A DNA stretch of 64,000 bases from NCBI GenBank assembly GCA_965116475.1, contig OZ220691.1, positions 3,556,670 through 3,620,669 on the forward strand. The letters run 5' to 3'. Source of the stretch: Gemmatimonadota bacterium. GTDB taxonomy: Bacteria > Gemmatimonadota > Gemmatimonadetes > Palauibacterales > Palauibacteraceae. The translations under genes were made by a program, and so were the position numbers. Within the stretch, counting starts at the first letter, position 1. Every line of letters starts with the position of its first letter. Below the pieces are notes generated by a model. It had not been told where the DNA came from. It did not search any database and was given only the letters and a program-made list of their open reading frames with translations. Below are positions 58,297 to 64,000 of the stretch, piece by piece.

Positions 58297-60047
58297 GCGC
58301 GCGCCGGATTCCGCTGGGCATCGCGGTCGCGCTCGTGCGGGCGGCGCTTCCCGTCAGCCGGACGTGGCGCTTCCGCCACCCCGACGACCCGGGCCGGCCG
58401 TACCGGCTTCGGCTGAAGCATGAGGTCCACGCGTGCTGGCACGAACACCTGCTCCCCCTCACATGTCTGTTCGCGGGCCAGGAACTCGCCACGCTCGCGA
58501 GCCGCGATCGGGATGGCGAGATCGTTTCAAGCGTGCTCCGACGCCTCGGCTACGACGTGGCCCGCGGCTCGAGCACCCGCGGCGGGTCGGCCGGCTTCCG
58601 CCAGTTGGCCCGCGCTTTCGAGGCGGGACGCGGCGTAATCCTCACGGGGGACGGGCCGCGCGGCCCGCGGCGGTCGTTGAAGGAGGGCACGGCGCGGATC
58701 GCGGCGCTGACGGAAAGCACCGTGACCGTCGTCGGCGTGGCCGCCTCTCCGGGCCTCCGGCTCCGGAGTTGGGACCGCTTTCTCATCCCCGCCCCCGGGG
58801 CCACCGTGTTCGTGTCGCCCGCTCCGGTCCCCGCGGGGCAGGCACGGAGCACGGGAGGCGTGCAGGCTGCGCTCCGGCGCGAGGTGGCGCGCTGCGAGCA
58901 GGCCGCGCGCGAGGCCCGCTGGGCGCGTCCGCCGGGGGTCGTGCGGAGCCGAAGCGGGGTTGAGTGGGACGCTTCGCCGCGGCCCGGGCGCCGGACCGGA
59001 GCGCGGCGCTCGATCGAACTCGGTCTCCGCGACCAGTGGCGCCGTTCCCGCGCGGCGCTGCCGCTGAGGGGTCTGGCCCGCATCTACGGCGGCGTCCACG
59101 AAGGCCGGCGCCGCCTCTACGATGTCGGCTTGCTCCGTACGCACCACGCCGGCCTCCCCGTGATATCGGTCGGCGGCGTCACAGTCGGGGGCAGCGGCAA
59201 GACCCCGCTCGCCGCCTGTATTGCCCGTACGCTGCGGGAGGCCGGGCATCGCCCGGCCATCCTCGCCCGGGGATACGCCGACGAACTCGATCTGCTCGCG
59301 CACGAGGCGCCGGGAGCGTCGATCCGGGGCCATCCGGACCGGCTCCGGTCGGGGCGCCGGGCGGCGGCCGAGGGCGCGACGGTGGCCATCCTCGACGACG
59401 GCTTTCAGCATCGCCGCCTCTTTCGCGACCTCGATCTCCTCGTCCTCGACCGCGACGCCCTTCGCCGCACGAACCGGGCGCGACTCCCGGCCGGTCCGTT
59501 TCGCGAGCGCTGGGAACGCGCCGTCGGTCGCGCGGATGCGATCCTCAGCACGGGGCGGGAGCCCTGGACGGACGAGCTGTCCCGCTTCGACGGCCAACTC
59601 CGGACCCGCCTCGGGCGCTTGGCGCCCGGCGTCCCCGTGGCGACCGCCGTGTTCGGGCACGGCCCCCTCGAGGCCGCCAACCCGGGAGCGCGCGGCTGGT
59701 CCGGCTCGCCGGCCCCCCGTCTCGCCTTGACCGGGATCATGAAGCCCAATCTCTTCTTCGCGCAGGCCGGCGCCGCGTGCGCGTCGGTCCGGGAGCGACT
59801 CGCGCTGAGCGATCATGCGATTCCATCGCCGCGCGAGCGGACGGCCGCGATCCGGGCGGCGGGGCGGGGCGGCGTGCTGACCACGCGCAAGGACCTCTCC
59901 CGCCTCCGCCCGCTGTTCGAGGCGGGCCTCCCGATCTGGGTCCTCCCCGAAACGCTCACATGGAAGGCCGGCTGGGACGACGTGAGACGCCTGATTCTCG
60001 ACACGGCATCGGGCCGGGAGCACCGTGACCCGGTGGCCGAGGGGTGA
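58290..60047 (+). CDS. lpxK: Fusion of a DUF374 (LpxJ-like) acyltransferase and tetraacyldisaccharide 4'-kinase
   Basis: N-terminal WHE, S..RDGE, RGSSTRGG, DGPRGP, SWDRFLIP; C-terminal VGGSGKTP, ARGY, LDDGFQH, LPAGPFRE, TTRKD; one uninterrupted frame. Confidence 0.88.
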   Translation: MLSARRIPLGIAVALVRAALPVSRTWRFRHPDDPGRPYRLRLKHEVHACWHEHLLPLTCLFAGQELATLASRDRDGEIVSSVLRRLGYDVARGSSTRGGSAGFRQLARAFEAGRGVILTGDGPRGPRRSLKEGTARIAALTESTVTVVGVAASPGLRLRSWDRFLIPAPGATVFVSPAPVPAGQARSTGGVQAALRREVARCEQAAREARWARPPGVVRSRSGVEWDASPRPGRRTGARRSIELGLRDQWRRSRAALPLRGLARIYGGVHEGRRRLYDVGLLRTHHAGLPVISVGGVTVGGSGKTPLAACIARTLREAGHRPAILARGYADELDLLAHEAPGASIRGHPDRLRSGRRAAAEGATVAILDDGFQHRRLFRDLDLLVLDRDALRRTNRARLPAGPFRERWERAVGRADAILSTGREPWTDELSRFDGQLRTRLGRLAPGVPVATAVFGHGPLEAANPGARGWSGSPAPRLALTGIMKPNLFFAQAGAACASVRERLALSDHAIPSPRERTAAIRAAGRGGVLTTRKDLSRLRPLFEAGLPIWVLPETLTWKAGWDDVRRLILDTASGREHRDPVAEG

Positions 60048-60520
60048 CGCGGATCCTCGTGGCCTCGGTCGGACGGAGCCGGGCGACCCCTCTTCGAAGG
60101 GCGACGGAGGAGTACGAGGACCGCCTGCGGCGATACATCCGGTTCGAGACCGTGGTCGTCGACCCGGCGAGACTTCCCGATGCGCGCGCTGCGGAAGCGC
60201 GAGAGCGGGAGGCGGCGGCCCTCGAGCGACGACTCCCCGACGACCTGGATCTCATCGCGCTCACCCGCAAGGGCGAGCGCTGGACCACGCGAGCCCTTGC
60301 GGATTACCTGGACGACATGCGGACCTACGGACGGCCCGGAGCCGCGTTCGCGATCGGCGGGGCGCACGGCCTCGCCCCGGGGTTCCTCGCCCGCGCGCGG
60401 GCGCGACTCGCCCTTTCGGCCATGACGCTCCCGCACGAGGTCGCCCGGCTCGTCCTCACGGAGCAACTTTACCGCGCGGCGACGATCCTCCGTGGCGAAC
60501 CCTACCACAAGGGCCCGTGA
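60044..60520 (+). CDS. rlmH: 23S rRNA (pseudouridine1915-N3)-methyltransferase
   Basis: IGGAHG, LSAMTLPHE.AR..L.EQLYRA..I..GEPYHK. Confidence 0.96.
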   Translation: MTRILVASVGRSRATPLRRATEEYEDRLRRYIRFETVVVDPARLPDARAAEAREREAAALERRLPDDLDLIALTRKGERWTTRALADYLDDMRTYGRPGAAFAIGGAHGLAPGFLARARARLALSAMTLPHEVARLVLTEQLYRAATILRGEPYHKGP

Positions 60521-61269
60521 GCGAACCGACGAACGCCCCCGCCGAGTGGTTCAGGGACTGGTTCGGCCGCGCCTACCTCGAGCTGTATCCGCACCGGGAT
60601 GAAGAGGAGGCCGCCCGGGCGGTCGCACTCTACCGCGAGCGCGCGGGGCTGGTGGCGGGCGACCGCGTCCTCGACCTCGCCTGCGGCGCCGGACGGCATC
60701 TGCAGCGCCTACGCGCGGCCAGCCTGCAGGCGGTCGGGATCGACCTTTCCGCCCCGCTGCTCGATGCGGCGCGAACGCGCCCGGGCGTGGACGGGGCCCT
60801 CATCCGCGCGGACATGCGCGGGCTTCCCTTCGGCGACGGTACGTTCGACGGCCTGGTGAACTTCTTCACCTCCTTCGGCTACTTTCTCACGCCGGAGGAG
60901 GACGTCGAGGTCCTGCGGGAAATCCGGCGCGTGCTGCGGCCCGGCGCGCCGTTCCTGATGGACTATCTGCACTCGGCATGGGTCATTGAGCGCCTCGACC
61001 CGGAGTCGGTGGGCGAGATCAACGGAACGCCGGTGAGGCAGACGCGGTGGGTGGAAGGAGACCAGGTCTTCAAGCGAATCGAGATCGGCGGAACCGCCGG
61101 CCGGGAACCGGAAGTCTATCATGAGCGGGTGCGCCTCTATTCGCCGGACGCGCTGCGCGCCCTCCTCCGCGAGCATGGGCTCGAGGCGACGAACGCCTTT
61201 GGCGGCTATGACGGGACGCCGTTCCGGGACGACTCGGCTCGCCTGCTCCTGCTGGGACGGACCCTTTGA
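60517..61269 (+). CDS. Class I SAM-dependent methyltransferase
   Basis: WF..WF...Y..LYPHRD, VLDLACGAGRH, DMR, FTSFGYF, ERVRLY. Confidence 0.92.
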   Translation: MSEPTNAPAEWFRDWFGRAYLELYPHRDEEEAARAVALYRERAGLVAGDRVLDLACGAGRHLQRLRAASLQAVGIDLSAPLLDAARTRPGVDGALIRADMRGLPFGDGTFDGLVNFFTSFGYFLTPEEDVEVLREIRRVLRPGAPFLMDYLHSAWVIERLDPESVGEINGTPVRQTRWVEGDQVFKRIEIGGTAGREPEVYHERVRLYSPDALRALLREHGLEATNAFGGYDGTPFRDDSARLLLLGRTL

Positions 61270-62837
61270 AGCCGCCGGAGAACCCCGAAATCCTCTCACG
61301 TCCGGTGGGCGTCCCCGGCTCCATCGCGCATGCCGCGCTGGACGCCGGCGGCCCCGGCCTTCTTCCGCTCACCCGCCAGCTTCGCGGGACCCACGTCCCG
61401 GCCGCGCGGCGCTCCCGGCTCGGACCCGACGCCTTCGGCGTCTCCGGACCCGGTGTCCGCCCGCGCCTCGAGTCCGTCCTCCGGGGGCAGGGAACCTTCG
61501 TCACGACGGGGCACCAGCCCGTCCTCCTCCTCGGACCGCTGTACGTTCTGTACAAGGCCCTCACCGCCATTTCGCTTGCCGCCCGGCTCGAGCGGGCGCT
61601 CGGCACGCCCGTCGTCCCCCTCTTCTGGATCGCCTCGGATGACCACGACTGGGCCGAAGTGGGAGGCGCAACGATCCTCGACCGCTCCGACGCCCCCCGG
61701 ACGCTCGGCCTTCCGGTCCCCGCCGGTGGCGAGCGCCGATCCGTGGGGGCCCACGTCCTGGAGGGTCCCGACATCGATGTCCTCGATGCGCTGCCCGAAA
61801 TCGTGCCTGAATCGGAGTTTACGGCCCACTACCTCGAGCTGGTGCAAGATGCCTGCGCCGAGGGACGATCAGTGTCCGCTGCCTTCGCCCGGCTCCTCAC
61901 GGGCGTCCTCGGCGATCGGGGGTTCGCCTGGATCGATTCCGCGCGACCGGAGCTCCGGCGCGCCGCCGCCCCCTTCCATCGGCGGCTTCTTTCCGACTGG
62001 GACGGAACTCTCGAGGCCGAGGCGGCGGGGACGCGCGCGTTGCGGGCGTCGGGCTTCGAGGCGCCGATCCCGCGCATCGAGGATGCGCTGCCGCTCTTCT
62101 TCGACGACGGCGGCGGGCGACATCGCGTCCGCCGCAACGGGACCAGCGCCGAAGCCTGGCTCGACCGGCTGGAGGCCGCGCCCGAAGGCTTTTCGCCGAA
62201 CGTCGCGTCCCGCCCCGCGCTCGAATCCTACCTCCTTCCCGTGACCGCGACGGTGTTGGGACCGGGCGAAATTGCGTACTGGAGCCAGCTCGGACCGCTG
62301 TTCGACGCCCTCGAGGTTCCCCTGCCGTCCGTTCAGCCGCGGGCGGCGTGGACGTTGGTCGAGGCGCGCACGCGACGGATTCTGGAGCGGACCGGGCTTT
62401 CGCCGGAGGACCTCGCCTCGGGGGCGGAGGGGGTCGTCGAGCGCCTCACGCGGGAGGCGCGTCCGGAATCGGTCGAGCGGGCCCTCGGGCGTTTCCGGGA
62501 GAGCGCCGAGGTCGGCATGGCCGCGATCGAGGCGGCGGTGGCGGAAGACGTGCCGGGGCTGCGCGGGGCGGCGGGGAAAATGCGAAAAGGCGTCCTCGCC
62601 GCGGCCTCCGGACTAGCCCGCCAGGTGGACCGCGCGACCCGGGAGCGACTCGACGTCCGCCTGGGGCAGGTACACCGCGCCGGGGCGAACCTCTTTCCGC
62701 GCCGGCGCCCCCAGGAACGCGTGCTGAACCCGCTCTCCTTCCTGTGCCGCTACGGACCGGAACTCGTCGCGCGGCTGGCCCGCGAGACCGACCTTCAGGT
62801 GGCGTCCTTCTTGGCGGGTCCCTCGGAAGATGGATAG
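61266..62837 (+). CDS. bshC: Bacillithiol biosynthesis cysteine-adding enzyme
   Basis: VTTGHQP.LL.GPLY..YK, FWIASDDHDWAE, SPNV..RP, GPGEIAYW, PQERVLN. Confidence 0.92.
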   Translation: MKPPENPEILSRPVGVPGSIAHAALDAGGPGLLPLTRQLRGTHVPAARRSRLGPDAFGVSGPGVRPRLESVLRGQGTFVTTGHQPVLLLGPLYVLYKALTAISLAARLERALGTPVVPLFWIASDDHDWAEVGGATILDRSDAPRTLGLPVPAGGERRSVGAHVLEGPDIDVLDALPEIVPESEFTAHYLELVQDACAEGRSVSAAFARLLTGVLGDRGFAWIDSARPELRRAAAPFHRRLLSDWDGTLEAEAAGTRALRASGFEAPIPRIEDALPLFFDDGGGRHRVRRNGTSAEAWLDRLEAAPEGFSPNVASRPALESYLLPVTATVLGPGEIAYWSQLGPLFDALEVPLPSVQPRAAWTLVEARTRRILERTGLSPEDLASGAEGVVERLTREARPESVERALGRFRESAEVGMAAIEAAVAEDVPGLRGAAGKMRKGVLAAASGLARQVDRATRERLDVRLGQVHRAGANLFPRRRPQERVLNPLSFLCRYGPELVARLARETDLQVASFLAGPSEDG

Positions 62838-62942
62838 CTTGCGGCGTTCGCGGGTACATCCTCCCGGAGCAGGGGACGGGCACACCGCGAGCGGACGTTC
62901 TTCCACGGAGGGCGCGACAATGAGCGGCACGGGAGATCCGAG

Positions 62943-63242
62943 ATGACCTTCGCCTTCATGGTCGTCCTCGGGCTGATCGTCCTCATCCCCGTGCTCGCCA
63001 TCGTCATCGATTCTCCCCTCTCCGAAGCCCTGGCGCGCCGGATCGGGAACTCGGACTCCGGAACGAACCAGTCAGCGCGCATCGACGCGCTGGAACAGGA
63101 AGTCCAGTACCTGACGCAAGCCGTCGAGGGCATCCGGGAAGAGACCGCCTTCGTTCGCGCGCTCGTGGAAGGGGACGAAGCGCTCCCGGCACTCCCTTCC
63201 CGGGACTCGGGGTCACGGGCCGGCAGCGACGGGGAGCGCTGA
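62943..63242 (+). CDS. Small membrane-anchored coiled-coil protein
   Basis: GGGAG RBS; N-terminal TM followed by ARIDALEQEVQYL..IREE. Confidence 0.75.
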   Translation: MTFAFMVVLGLIVLIPVLAIVIDSPLSEALARRIGNSDSGTNQSARIDALEQEVQYLTQAVEGIREETAFVRALVEGDEALPALPSRDSGSRAGSDGER

Positions 63243-63243
63243 T

Positions 63244-64000
63244 CTGACCGAGGGGAAGGCGCCGGGGCAGGGCCGTTCCGCGACGCGGGTTGCGGCCGGT
63301 ATTCTCGCCAGCCGCATCACCGGGTTTCTGCGGGACGTCATCATCGCCGCCACGTTCGGCGTCGGGCCGATCACGGACGCCTATGCGGCCGCGCTCAAGA
63401 TCCCGAACGCCTTTCGCAACCTCCTCAGCGAAGGCGCGCTCTCCGCCTCCTTCGTGCCCGTGTTCTCCTCGTTGATGGAGCGGGGCGACACGGCCGCGGC
63501 GCGGCGGCTCGCACAGGGCGTGCTGGGCGGCCTCCTCATCCTCTCCGCCCTCGTCGTGGCCGCGGTCGTCGCCGCCGCACCCTGGCTCCTGGGGATCCTC
63601 GCGCCCGGCTACGACGCGGAGTTGAGCGAGCTTACGACGCGCCTGGTCCGCATCCTCTTCCCCATGTCCGGGGTGATGATCGTCGGTGCGTGGTGCCTCG
63701 GGATCCTCACCAGCCACCGCCGTTTTTTCCTCCCCTTCGTCGCGCCCGTCGTATGGAACCTGTCCCAGATCGGCGGCCTTCTGCTGGGGGCGCGGCTGGG
63801 GTGGGCGCCGCTCATCGTCGTGCTCACCTGGTCCACCCTCATCGGGAGCGTGCTGCAGGTCGGCATCCAGCTGCCCGCCGTGTACCGCCTGCTGGGGACG
63901 CTCCGGCCCCGCATCGACATCCGTTTCGAGCCCACACGCCGCGTCGCGCGCAACGCCATGCCGGTCGCGGCGGGGCAGGGCATCTTCCAGCTTTCGAGCC
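63244..64000 (+). CDS. murJ: Lipid II flippase MurJ, 3' end outside the window (not in the ORF track)
   Basis: ILASRITGFLRD, DAY..A..IPN.FR.L..EGALSASFVP, QLP. GGGGAG RBS followed by CTG. Confidence 0.93.
   Translation, partial: MTEGKAPGQGRSATRVAAGILASRITGFLRDVIIAATFGVGPITDAYAAALKIPNAFRNLLSEGALSASFVPVFSSLMERGDTAAARRLAQGVLGGLLILSALVVAAVVAAAPWLLGILAPGYDAELSELTTRLVRILFPMSGVMIVGAWCLGILTSHRRFFLPFVAPVVWNLSQIGGLLLGARLGWAPLIVVLTWSTLIGSVLQVGIQLPAVYRLLGTLRPRIDIRFEPTRRVARNAMPVAAGQGIFQLSS

Overview
GC-rich bacterial chromosome segment from a diderm (BamA, lipid A genes). The gene order and 16S suggest Gemmatimonadota, but this is an inference and needs a 16S search. No CRISPR array, integrase or transposase was seen. 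The window has five blocks. (1) 1-20749 is a heme/respiration region: hemC, an HmuY-like protein, an Mrp ATPase, a ferredoxin, an ABC transporter, three neighbouring proteins that share a PCP_red-like helical domain (a Zn-ribbon protein, a double-USP protein with Cys-Pro motifs and an AhbD/NirJ-like radical SAM enzyme), a non-canonical CydA-like protein without CydB, three membrane c-type cytochromes, a cupredoxin-like lipoprotein and an A1-type heme-copper oxidase operon. (2) 20746-28339 holds rdgB, tRNA-Pro and an operon with an NTT/TLC-type nucleotide carrier (HEAT + cNMP domains), a sensorless two-component pair, a secreted kinase-like protein and a metallophosphoesterase. (3) 28391-35272 is a minus-strand TM2-chdC-hutH-ftcD-hutU-hutI operon. 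(4) 35461-40603 holds tRNA-His and a stand-alone 16S rRNA gene followed directly by era, trm112-like and rnr. (5) 40767-64000 is housekeeping and envelope: frameshifted prfB, lysS, lolCE/D, mcsA-mcsB-clpC, bamA-skp-lpxD-lpxC-fabZ-lpxA, lpxB, a DUF374-LpxK fusion, rlmH, a methyltransferase, bshC and a partial murJ. The best candidates for an undescribed system are the bd-like/cytochrome c module with its PCP_red-tagged maturation proteins, and the nucleotide carrier/secreted kinase/phosphatase operon. All family calls come from motif recognition by eye; no database searches were run.
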